From Gemmatimonadales bacterium (GTDB lineage: Bacteria; Gemmatimonadota; Gemmatimonadetes; Gemmatimonadales; GWC2-71-9), in assembly GCA_965249575.1 (NCBI GenBank), contig OZ252244.1:1920001-1984000 (forward strand): DNA of 64,000 nt, in the 5' to 3' direction. The position numbers and the translations under genes are program-made. The notes under the pieces were generated by a model that saw only the letters and a list, made by a program, of their open reading frames with translations, ran no database searches and was not told the origin of the DNA. Below are positions 8,499 to 17,360 of the stretch, one piece after another (position 1 is the first letter of the stretch; each line of letters starts with the position of its first letter).

Positions 8499-11110
8499 TT
8501 TTCCCGCTCCAGTTTTCGCTTTAGCGATTCGAGGCGGGTCAGGGCCTCGATGGGGGTCATAGTATCAGGCTCGAGCGCTATGAGCTCTCGAAGAATCGGA
8601 TGATCTGCATCGAACAGCGGCAGCTGCCTCGCGACGACCGGCTGTGCTGCCGGTACCCCGGCGACATTGCGTTCGGCTTCGAGGCCGGCCAGGATCTCCC
8701 ACGCTCGCCTGACGATGTCGGGCGGCAGTCCGGCCAGCTGCGCCACGTGGATGCCGTACGAACGATCGGCGCCGCCCGGCTCCAGCCGATGCAGGAACAC
8801 CACGCGCTCATCTGTTTCGCGGACCGCAACATTGAAATTGCGCGCGTGCTGGAGGTTCTCGGTGAGCTGTGTCAACTCGTGATAGTGGGTAGCGAAGACC
8901 GTCTTGCATCCGATGCGGTCATGCAGATGCTCCGTCACCGACCACGCGATGGCGATGCCATCATAGGTTGATGTGCCCCGCCCGATCTCGTCGAGCAGTA
9001 CGAGGCTGCGCGCGGTGGCGCCGTGGAGGATCGCGCTCGTCTCGCTCATTTCGACCATGAACGTCGACTGACCGGCTCCGAGATTGTCGCTCGCCCCTAC
9101 TCGCGTGAATACCCGGTCAGCAATCCCGATCTCCGCGGCCGCTGCCGGCACGAAGGATCCCATCTGAGCGAGTATCGACGCTAGGCCGATCTGCCGAAGG
9201 ATCGTCGACTTGCCCGCCATGTTCGGGCCGGTCAGCAGTATGACCCGCCGGGATTCATCGAGAAGAATGTCGTTCGGAATGAACTTCCCTCGCTGAAGCA
9301 CGTGTTCGACAACCGGATGGCGACATTGCTTGAGGCTGAGCGCGTACGACTCGGAAACCACGGGGCGGACGTACTGTTCCCGTACCGCCGTCTCGGCGAG
9401 CGCGCCGTACACATCCAGCGCAGCAGCCATACGCGCGGTGGATTGGAGTCTTGGGAGGCACCCTCGCGTTGCGCGGCAGAGGCGTTCGCAAAGCTCGCGC
9501 TCCCTCGCCTCGATCTGCTCTTGGGCACCGAGCACCCGAGCTTCGTGCGCTTTCAATTCCGGTGTGGCGTACCGCTCCGCATTGGTCAGGGTTTGGCGTC
9601 GCTCGTAATGGGAGGGAACGCTCGCGCGCTGGCTCTTGCCCACCTCGATGTAGTAGCCGAATACCCTGTTGTACCCGACCTTGAGTGTGCCGATGCCAGT
9701 GCGATCGCGTTCGGCGGCCTGGAGCTCCGCAATGAAGCGCTTCCCGCCGTCCCGATGCTCTCGTGCCTCATCAAGCGCCTGATCGGCGCCGGGCTTGATG
9801 ACGTCCCCGTCTCCAATGGCCGCCGGGGGGGTATCGACCAGAGTGCTCGACAGGTCGCCGCTCAACTCCGCCACCAGATCGAAGTCGGCCGTGATGCGGT
9901 CGAGCTCTGCGCTTGAGTCCCGGCCGTCCAGACCGTCGAGAGCGCTTCGCACGTCGGGCAAGAGCTCCAGGGATGTGCGGAGCGCACCGAAGTCGCGTGG
10001 CCCGGCACGCCCGGCTGCCGCACGACTGGCGAGACGCTCGATGTCCCGCACCCCGTCGAGCGCATCGCGGAGCCGCTCACGACCCCGCGTGTCGGCTGTC
10101 AGAACCCCCACCGCGTCGTGGCGCGCGCGAATTGCGCTCACGTCGGTGAGCGGGGCGAGCAGCCACTGCCGAAGGAGGCGGGCTCCCATTGGCGTGACAG
10201 TGCGATCGAGCACTGTGAGCAATGTTGGGCCGTCGTCCGCCGGCCGGAGCGCCTCGACTAGCTCGAGGTTGCGACGGGTCATGTCGTCGAGGGGGACGAC
10301 CGCGCCGCTCCGGCGAACGATGGGGCGTGCCAACTGGGGCAGCCCGCCGGGCTGCAGTTCTCCCACGTAGCGGAGGAGGGCGTTGAGCGCCGATAGGGCC
10401 ACCCGATCTTCCGCCTGGATACCCAGGCCGTCGAGGCTTGAGATCTCGTAGCGTCGAGCGAGGTCTCCCTCCGCGGCGTCGGCGTCAAACTCCCACCGCT
10501 CCCGGGGCGTGATCATGATGCCGCCCCGAACGCCCGACACGGACTCCCCGTCCGGCACGACGATTTCTCGCGGGTCGAGGCGATCGAGGGCGGGAGCCAT
10601 GTCGGCGGCTGCCGCGGTCTCGAGAATCAGCTCGCCGGTCGACACGTCGAGTGCCGCGATGCCACAGGGGTCCCCCGGAGCCACCGCGACCAGGAAGTTG
10701 TTGCGGGCGTTTTCTAAGAGGTTCGCCGAGAGGGTGGCCCCCGGCGTGATCGTCTCGACCACCTCGCGCCGGACGGGGCCCTTTGCGAGCTTGGGATCCT
10801 CTACCTGCTCGCAGATCGACACCCGATGTCCGTTGGCGACGAGCTTTCGCAGATACTCCGCGGCCGCCTTTACCGGCACTCCGGCCAGGGGCACGTCCGC
10901 TGCCCCACCGCTATTCCGCGAGGTCAACGCGATCCCGAGTTCCCTGGCGGCCAACTCGGCGTCGTCGTAGAACATCTCGTAGAAATCGCCCATCCTGAAG
11001 AACAGGATCGCGTCGGTGTGGCGGGACTTGATGTCCCGGTACTGCTGCATGAGTGGCGTGCCGGCCTGGGGGGACGTGGATGGAGGGGCGGAGCCGCCGC
11101 GCCGCGTCAC
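8495..11110 (-). CDS. mutS: DNA mismatch repair protein MutS
   Basis: TPLMQQY, FRMGDFYE, TGPNMAGKST, STFMVEM, DEIGRGTST and FATHYHEL. Confidence 0.98.
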   Translation of the reverse strand: MTRRGGSAPPSTSPQAGTPLMQQYRDIKSRHTDAILFFRMGDFYEMFYDDAELAARELGIALTSRNSGGAADVPLAGVPVKAAAEYLRKLVANGHRVSICEQVEDPKLAKGPVRREVVETITPGATLSANLLENARNNFLVAVAPGDPCGIAALDVSTGELILETAAAADMAPALDRLDPREIVVPDGESVSGVRGGIMITPRERWEFDADAAEGDLARRYEISSLDGLGIQAEDRVALSALNALLRYVGELQPGGLPQLARPIVRRSGAVVPLDDMTRRNLELVEALRPADDGPTLLTVLDRTVTPMGARLLRQWLLAPLTDVSAIRARHDAVGVLTADTRGRERLRDALDGVRDIERLASRAAAGRAGPRDFGALRTSLELLPDVRSALDGLDGRDSSAELDRITADFDLVAELSGDLSSTLVDTPPAAIGDGDVIKPGADQALDEAREHRDGGKRFIAELQAAERDRTGIGTLKVGYNRVFGYYIEVGKSQRASVPSHYERRQTLTNAERYATPELKAHEARVLGAQEQIEARERELCERLCRATRGCLPRLQSTARMAAALDVYGALAETAVREQYVRPVVSESYALSLKQCRHPVVEHVLQRGKFIPNDILLDESRRVILLTGPNMAGKSTILRQIGLASILAQMGSFVPAAAAEIGIADRVFTRVGASDNLGAGQSTFMVEMSETSAILHGATARSLVLLDEIGRGTSTYDGIAIAWSVTEHLHDRIGCKTVFATHYHELTQLTENLQHARNFNVAVRETDERVVFLHRLEPGGADRSYGIHVAQLAGLPPDIVRRAWEILAGLEAERNVAGVPAAQPVVARQLPLFDADHPILRELIALEPDTMTPIEALTRLESLKRKLEREK

Positions 11111-11931
11111 GGCTCCTCCACAACGAACGGCTCGCCTTCAAACTTCCGCTTCAGCTCGACCGCGAGCCGACTTGCCGCGGCGCGGGTATCCAGCCGGCCT
11201 ACCCGGACTTTCAGAAATCCATCGGCATCGCGGATCACGTGGGGCTCATAACCGCTGCTGCGAAGGGCGCGCATCGCTTCATCCGCTGACGCGGCGCTTC
11301 GGACTGCGGCAATCTGAACGCTATAGACTCGCGTTGTGGGGGGTGCCCTGGGCCGTGCGGGCTCCGGAGCGGCGGAGTCGCCCGCCGTCGCGAGGGCACG
11401 CTCACAGCGCTGTAGATAAAACCTCGCCCGATTGGCTACTTCGACTTCGGCACCCGCCGAATCGGACGCGAGAGACAATAGATCGCATCCATCTGCGGTC
11501 TCACCTAGCTCGAGGTGTGCCCGGCCGGCCCAGAACGCCGACGCGGATCGCACGGTGCTGAATGGGTAGTCCATCAGAACACGTTGGGACATGCGAATCG
11601 TAGTTGCGAAATCGCCCGACGCGTAAGCGAGTTGCGCGATCCGCAGCAGCGCACGGTCGGCCCAATCTGACTGCGAGTAGTCGAAGGCCACGATCCGAAG
11701 GTATGCCAGCGCACTGTCTACGTCCTCAGCCACCAAGCCAGCGGTATACAGAATCTCGGGGTAGGTCGAGTCGCTCGGCGCTACGGCGGCGAGCCGGGCC
11801 CGGACGAGGGCACGTGCTGAATCACCCTGTCCCTCCGTCACTAGGCGTCCGGCGTCGATCAGCGCAGAGTCTTGCTGCGCCGCCGCCGGCGATATCGCCA
11901 GGAACACGAGTGGAACCAGCGGACGAATCAT
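11107..11931 (-). CDS. Exported TPR + SPOR domain protein
   Basis: Signal peptide, TPR-like helices and C-terminal YSVQIAA...KVRVG SPOR motif. Confidence 0.85.
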   Translation of the reverse strand: MIRPLVPLVFLAISPAAAQQDSALIDAGRLVTEGQGDSARALVRARLAAVAPSDSTYPEILYTAGLVAEDVDSALAYLRIVAFDYSQSDWADRALLRIAQLAYASGDFATTIRMSQRVLMDYPFSTVRSASAFWAGRAHLELGETADGCDLLSLASDSAGAEVEVANRARFYLQRCERALATAGDSAAPEPARPRAPPTTRVYSVQIAAVRSAASADEAMRALRSSGYEPHVIRDADGFLKVRVGRLDTRAAASRLAVELKRKFEGEPFVVEEP

Positions 11932-12977
11932 GCGGCCACCTGCTCCGAGCCGAGCTGCAGCACGAGCGTGGCGAGCGTGCCCGATTCGTCGGTGAGTGTC
12001 GTCGATTTGAGCGACAGATCCGTCTCATAGGCAGCGCGAAGAGCGTGGTCCAGCTCTAATGCGGTCCACCGCCGCGCTGCAAGGCTCCACAAGCGGGACA
12101 GGTCCTTCCAGTCACCGGCCCGGGGTGGACGAACCGATCTCAACTGATTGTATACGGCGTTTTCGGCCTGACTCGGCGCCTTGCCGTCATCCAGCGCGGC
12201 CCGGGCGATGCGAACGCCGACCAGGGCAGTGCCCAGCGCCATTAACATGCGAACGGCATTCATCCCGGCGCGAGGCAGGACGACGTCGATGAGACTGACC
12301 GCGCGGCGGGGTTCGCGCATGAGAACCGCCTCCACCCAGTCGCTCAATGTTTCGCCTTGCCGCACACCGACAATCTGACTCACGTCGTCGGTGTCGAGGG
12401 GGCGGTCTGTCGGCGCGGCAGCCGCGAGCTTTTCGATCTCCATGGCGAGCGCGGCCAGATCGGGTCCCGCCGCCTCCACTAGGTGCGCAGCGGCTTCCCG
12501 TGTCATGTTCAAACCACACTTCTCGGCCCGCCCAAGGACCCAGGGTTGTATTTCGCCGGGCTCGAGCGCCGTTACGTTCACGTGCACGGACAGCTCCGCC
12601 GCCTGCCGGTCGGCCTTTCCAGTCCCATGGGTGAGTACTAGCACCGTGGTCGCCGATGGGTTCTGCAAGTAGGCGCGGAGCGCCTTCCACACCTTTGCGT
12701 TACTCCGCCACTGTTCGAGGTTCTTCACAATGACCAGACGTCGGTCTGCGAGCATGGGCGGGGTCTCGACGAGGGCGTTGAAGCTTTCGCCGTCGAGGTC
12801 GCCGGCCGCCCGGATATCGACGTTGAAGTCCCGGCTGCCCTCGTCGACGGCCGCCTGCGAAATCGCGCTCGCCAACTCCTCCTTCAAGATTTCCTGATCA
12901 CCCGTGAGATAGTACACGGGCTTCAGGTTCCCTGTCTCGATGGATCGATAAACGGATTTGGGTCTGACGGCCGCCAT
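11928..12977 (-). CDS. holA: DNA polymerase III subunit delta
   Basis: PVYYLTGD, DFN, TPPML..RRLVIV, EIEKL and D..LKS pattern. Confidence 0.9.
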   Translation of the reverse strand: MAAVRPKSVYRSIETGNLKPVYYLTGDQEILKEELASAISQAAVDEGSRDFNVDIRAAGDLDGESFNALVETPPMLADRRLVIVKNLEQWRSNAKVWKALRAYLQNPSATTVLVLTHGTGKADRQAAELSVHVNVTALEPGEIQPWVLGRAEKCGLNMTREAAAHLVEAAGPDLAALAMEIEKLAAAAPTDRPLDTDDVSQIVGVRQGETLSDWVEAVLMREPRRAVSLIDVVLPRAGMNAVRMLMALGTALVGVRIARAALDDGKAPSQAENAVYNQLRSVRPPRAGDWKDLSRLWSLAARRWTALELDHALRAAYETDLSLKSTTLTDESGTLATLVLQLGSEQVAA

Positions 12978-13005
12978 GAATAGGCGGAAGTTACCGCGGC
13001 CAGCC

Positions 13006-13515
13006 TTAGCGCGGGAGGCTTACTGGCGTACCGAAGGACACCTGCGGCCGGGAGCTGCGGAGGGCGGGATCCGGAAAAGCCGGGATCTCCAGGTTGGTGA
13101 AGGTTATGAACGGGAGGCCCGGGTTAGCGACAACCATCGGAGCGGGCTTGGATTTTTCCGTGATCTGGGGCGTGGGAATCGGCTCTTCCCGAGTACTGTG
13201 ATAGAAGAGCAGGGCAATGGTCGCCGCCAACATGAGCGCCGCCGCGACACCCGGGCGCGCGGCGCTGACCGGTTCGTCGACGTCGACGCCGCTCCCACCT
13301 GCGAGCCTCGCTCGCAGCGCCCGTCGGAATCGAAGCGACGGAGTGATCTCGCGACCGCAACTGAGCGCCATGACCCCGCGCCTCACGGCCACGTCATAAC
13401 GGCTGCACGAGTCGCAGACCGCCAGGTGCTTGCAGCATCGCTGGAGCAGTCCCGCGTCGGTGAGAAACCCGTCGCGGTAATCCGAATATGACTCTAGGAA
13501 TTCCGAGCAGCGCAT
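13006..13515 (-). CDS. Zinc-finger (zf-HC2, ZAS-type) anti-sigma factor with a single TM helix
   Basis: MRCSEF...SDY.DG...HLAVCDSC (Hx3CxxC) and hydrophobic VAAALMLAATIALLF; downstream of an ECF sigma. Confidence 0.8.
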   Translation of the reverse strand: MRCSEFLESYSDYRDGFLTDAGLLQRCCKHLAVCDSCSRYDVAVRRGVMALSCGREITPSLRFRRALRARLAGGSGVDVDEPVSAARPGVAAALMLAATIALLFYHSTREEPIPTPQITEKSKPAPMVVANPGLPFITFTNLEIPAFPDPALRSSRPQVSFGTPVSLPR

Positions 13516-13542
13516 CGATCGCCAGGGGTGAAAACAGGTAGG

Positions 13543-13570
13543 TACTACCACCCGTTCCAGTGAAGGTTCC
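13543..13570 (-). promoter_or_regulatory. Putative ECF-type promoter for the anti-sigma gene
   Basis: Minus-strand GGAACC-N16-GTAGTA about 28 nt upstream of the ATG at 13515. Confidence 0.45.
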
Positions 13571-13654
13571 GTGCGGCGTTCTTGCCCGAGGGCAATTGTG
13601 ATCTACGTCACTTTTGGGGTGAGGTGGTGGGCCCGAGGTCGCGGGCCCGGAGGG

Positions 13655-14299
13655 TCAGTCTAGTAGGGGTGCAATGAGCTGCGCGAACCGATTCCTGGCC
13701 CGGTTGAGCCGGCTCTTGACCGTCCCCAAGTTGCAGTCGGTGATCTCGGCGATCTCCTCGTAGGTCTTACCCTCGAGCTCCCGCAACACGAAAACGACCC
13801 TGTGATGTTCGGGGAGCTGGGCCACCGTCCAGTCAACCAACTCGCGAAGGTGACGCTTGCGGTAGAGATCGTCCGGGCGATGGTGCCGGTCTTCGAATTG
13901 GAGCGGCCGGTGATCGGCGTCCCAATTCTTCTTGATCGTCTGGAACAGGACCAGCGGATTGCGACTCCGGTTTCTCAGCTCGTTCTTCGAAAGGTTCGAG
14001 GCGATCGTATAGATCCACGTAGAGAATTTCTTGCTCTGATCGAATCGGTGAAGGTGCCGGTGCACGCGGATGAAAACCTCCTGCACGAGATCTTCGGCCC
14101 GTTCACGGTCCCCGATCGTCCGATAGACGAAATTGAGTAGGCGTTTCTGGTAGCGCTCGACGAGTTCCTCGAACGCCTGGACCTCTCCGGCGAAATGCGC
14201 GGAGACGATTCCAGAATCATCCAACGCCTTGAGGGATCGCCGCTGCGCCTGGCGCGCGGTGGCCACCGTATTTTGTGGGCTGCTTGATGCCGCGTTCAT
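13655..14299 (-). CDS. ECF RNA polymerase sigma factor (RpoE-like)
   Basis: AEDLVQEVF, FSTWIYTIA.N and YEEIAEI....GTVKSRLNRAR. Confidence 0.93.
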   Translation of the reverse strand: MNAASSSPQNTVATARQAQRRSLKALDDSGIVSAHFAGEVQAFEELVERYQKRLLNFVYRTIGDRERAEDLVQEVFIRVHRHLHRFDQSKKFSTWIYTIASNLSKNELRNRSRNPLVLFQTIKKNWDADHRPLQFEDRHHRPDDLYRKRHLRELVDWTVAQLPEHHRVVFVLRELEGKTYEEIAEITDCNLGTVKSRLNRARNRFAQLIAPLLD

Positions 14300-14510
14300 C
14301 CGAACTCCTAACCGGGTGGCGTCTTGGCGGAGGGACTGCCGATTCCCCCAACCCTTGCCTCCCGGATCTAATCGTGCAGGGATCGTACCCGGCGCTTCGC
14401 TGTTCCGTTCACCATCTGTAAGTCATTTTACTGCAATCGCTTATCGTGTCACACCCTGGACCGGAGCCGACTGACTGTCCCCTTCCCGTGTCCTGCCTCG
14501 GTGACAGCCC

Positions 14511-15068
14511 CTAGAGGCTTAATCGGAAGCCTGCTGTGTAGAGCAGCGCCACGATGCTCTTTCCATCTACGATCTCGCCGTCCCGGATCATCTCCAATGC
14601 CGTTGAGACCTGTCGGGGCCTCACCTCTATAAACTCGTCTTTCTCGCTATTGGGTTCCCCAATCGTCAATCCGGTGGCCAAAAAAATGTGAATCCGTTCA
14701 TCCGAGAACCCCGGCGTCGGGTAGATGGTTGTGAGATGCTCCATCCCTGACGCCCTAGCGCCGGTCTCTTCGAGCAGCTCCCGATGGGCGCATTCCAGCG
14801 GCTCTTCGCCAGGCTCGAGGACGCCGGCGGGAACCTCCCACAGCTCCCCGTTCGCGGCGTACCGGTATTGCCGCAGGAGAAGGACCTGCGGTTCCGGGCT
14901 GTCCTGCTCGGTCAGCAACGGCACAACGGCTGCCGCGCCGGCGTGCCGCACAATCTCGAGTTCGAGGGTTCGTCCGTCCGGGGCCCGGATCGTGTCCACT
15001 TCGACGTTCAAGACCCGACCGGCATATACTCGCCGCGTCGAAAGCCTCACATCCGGCCCACCGTCCAT
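14511..15068 (-). CDS. NUDIX hydrolase (ADP-ribose pyrophosphatase/NudF type)
   Basis: RQYRY, PAG.LEPGE....CAHRELLEETG and TPGFSDE; purine-rich RBS before ATG 15068. Confidence 0.9.
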   Translation of the reverse strand: MDGGPDVRLSTRRVYAGRVLNVEVDTIRAPDGRTLELEIVRHAGAAAVVPLLTEQDSPEPQVLLLRQYRYAANGELWEVPAGVLEPGEEPLECAHRELLEETGARASGMEHLTTIYPTPGFSDERIHIFLATGLTIGEPNSEKDEFIEVRPRQVSTALEMIRDGEIVDGKSIVALLYTAGFRLSL

Positions 15069-15142
15069 ACCACCCCTCTTGTTTTGAATGACGTTTGGGT
15101 ACCCCAAAACGTTGCGGATCGTCCCGGTCCTGTCCCCGCTCG

Positions 15143-16216
15143 TTACAGTGCCTTCGACACCGCGTAGGCGGCATTCCGGCCTGACCGGACAGCGCCCGGT
15201 AGACCCGCCCGGTGGTACGCCGAGCCCGCGACCTCGACTGGGCCGTTGCGCCGAAGCTCCTCCGTGATTGCTCCGAGCACCTGTTCGTGATCGGTCCCGT
15301 ATTGGGATAGGGCATCGGGCCACCGTGAGACCCAAGCCCGTGTGGTCGGTCCCGTCAGGCCGATCACCGGAGAGAGCGCTTCGACGGCGCGGGCCACCCA
15401 CACGCCGTCAGGTCGATACATCCAGTCCGGGCTCGGCCTGAAAAACGCCCTGAGGAGCACGGACTCCTCACCAGCGCGTCCCGAAAACTTGGATGAGCTA
15501 TACGCACATGCTCGCAACTCGGAGTCAATGCCGGGGGCGGCCACGAATCCGCTGCCCATGAGTGCATCGGCGACCGCGTCGCGTGGGCAGCCCAAGGATA
15601 CCGACACGTTCGACTGGAAACGCATGGCTTCAGCCACGGCGGCCACTTTCGACGCCCAGGGCCGCACGAGTGGGGCCATCACGTGTGGCGGGATCGCCAA
15701 GACGACAGCGTCAAACCTGCGGGTCGTTCCATCGGCGAATTGGACGGTGATGCCGGCCGCCTCGGGCGAGATGCCAACGGCACGCGTGTTTAGGTGAACC
15801 GGCCCCTGCAGCTGGGAGGCGAGCGCGTCGGTCAGCTGACCCATGCCCCGCCTGAGAGACGTGAGCCCGCGTCCCAAGTCCGACCGGGTTATCTGGATTC
15901 CCAGCAGCGAAGCCGCTTCACCGGCTGCGAGGGGCTCGAGCGCGCCGTCGCGAAGCGCGAACGATTCACGATGGCGCTGTTCGATCAGTTCATTTGCCAG
16001 GCCGAGCCTTTGGCAGAGGCCGACGACGTCCTCGTCCCCGGCGACAAATCCCTCCGCGCCGTCGTCCACCACAAATCCATCGGCTCGCCGGGTCCACACC
16101 TGCCCCCCAACTCGAGGGCTCGCCTCAAACACCGTCGCGGTTATTCCAGTGGTCGTGAGATCGAACGCCGCCGTGAGACCGGCGACGCCCCCACCGACCA
16201 CGGCGACGCGGCTCAC
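15143..16216 (-). CDS. hemY: HemY/CgoX-type (copro/proto)porphyrinogen oxidase, short form
   Basis: GGGVAGL FAD motif, EAS.RVGG, DDGAEGF, SL..GM.QL, GSGFV, SSKF.GRA and RW..AL.QY; in the heme operon. Confidence 0.75.
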   Translation of the reverse strand: MSRVAVVGGGVAGLTAAFDLTTTGITATVFEASPRVGGQVWTRRADGFVVDDGAEGFVAGDEDVVGLCQRLGLANELIEQRHRESFALRDGALEPLAAGEAASLLGIQITRSDLGRGLTSLRRGMGQLTDALASQLQGPVHLNTRAVGISPEAAGITVQFADGTTRRFDAVVLAIPPHVMAPLVRPWASKVAAVAEAMRFQSNVSVSLGCPRDAVADALMGSGFVAAPGIDSELRACAYSSSKFSGRAGEESVLLRAFFRPSPDWMYRPDGVWVARAVEALSPVIGLTGPTTRAWVSRWPDALSQYGTDHEQVLGAITEELRRNGPVEVAGSAYHRAGLPGAVRSGRNAAYAVSKAL

Positions 16217-16325
16217 TCGGGCCGGTGGAGCATTGGCACCGTCGCCGATGTCCCACCACTCCCAGCGGGGCGTCGGAAAAAGGAAGGAGGGAGGGGCTCA
16301 AGGACCTGGAAGGCCGCGCCGCGCA

Positions 16326-17360
16326 TCACACCCGTGCGGCGCTCCACTCGTGTACCATTTCGACCACTGCTCGCGCCCGATCGGGATCCGTTCCCTGTAG
16401 CACGCCATGCCCGAGATTGAAGACGTGGCCCGGACGTCCCTTGGCTCGCTCCAGAATGTCGTGTACCTGGGCGGTGAGCTCGCCGAGCGGGGCGAACAGC
16501 GCGGCAGGGTCGAGGTTGCCCTGAACACCCCGGTCTGGGACCGCCATCCATGCCTGGTCCAATGGAAGCCGCCAATCGACGCCGATGACATCTCCCCCTG
16601 CTTCGGCCATGAGGTCCAGCATCGCGGAGGCGCCGGTGGCAAAGTGAATTAACGGCACGTCCGATGTCGTGGCTCGGGAGATCGCCTTTGCGCTATGCGG
16701 CTGGACATACCGCCGGTAATCGCTTCGAGACAGACAGCCCACCCAGCTGTCGAAGAGTTGCAAGGCCTGCGCTCCCGCTGCTGCCTGGGCGTCGAGAAGG
16801 CTGCCGACAGTGGTAGCCAAGTGATCGAGCAGCCGGTGCCACGTGTCGGGATCGTTGTACATCAGCCGTTTCGTTCTCAGAAAGTCGCGGGTCGGCCCCC
16901 CCTCGACGGCGTAGCTGGCCAACGTGAACGGGGCGCCGGCGAAGCCGATCAATGGCACGCCGTCGTCCAACTCGGCGCGAGTGCGCCGAACCGCCTCGAG
17001 GACATGTCCCAGATCGCTTTGTGGGTCGATCGTCGGAAGGGTCGAGACGTCGGTCGGCGAGCGCACGGGGTTCGTGATCCTCGGTCCCTCACCCGCGGTG
17101 AACTCGAGTCCCAGACCGAGTGGCTCGAAGGGGAGCAAGATGTCGGCGAACAGGATAGCGGCGTCGACTCCCAGTCGCTCCACCGGTTGCAATGCCACCT
17201 CGCACGCCAGTTCCGGTCGGTGGCAAATCTCGAGGATCGATGCCCGCTTCCGAATGTCCTGGTACTCCGGCAAGTAACGGCCCGCCTGGCGCATGAACCA
17301 AACGGGCGTGTGCGAAGCGGGCGCGCCACGACACGCCGCCAGGAAGGGATCAGCCGACAA
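16326..17360 (-). CDS. hemE: Uroporphyrinogen decarboxylase
   Basis: PVWFMRQAGRYLPEY, DAAILFADIL, GFAGAPFTLA.Y, QLFDSW, QGNLDP and FNLGHG; TTG start at 17360 inferred. Confidence 0.96.
   Translation of the reverse strand: MSADPFLAACRGAPASHTPVWFMRQAGRYLPEYQDIRKRASILEICHRPELACEVALQPVERLGVDAAILFADILLPFEPLGLGLEFTAGEGPRITNPVRSPTDVSTLPTIDPQSDLGHVLEAVRRTRAELDDGVPLIGFAGAPFTLASYAVEGGPTRDFLRTKRLMYNDPDTWHRLLDHLATTVGSLLDAQAAAGAQALQLFDSWVGCLSRSDYRRYVQPHSAKAISRATTSDVPLIHFATGASAMLDLMAEAGGDVIGVDWRLPLDQAWMAVPDRGVQGNLDPAALFAPLGELTAQVHDILERAKGRPGHVFNLGHGVLQGTDPDRARAVVEMVHEWSAARV

Noticed and set aside
3938..15068. Macro domain + NUDIX as a dedicated ADP-ribosylation or defence system
   Set aside because: They are 10 kb apart in housekeeping context with no ADP-ribosyltransferase or sirtuin present
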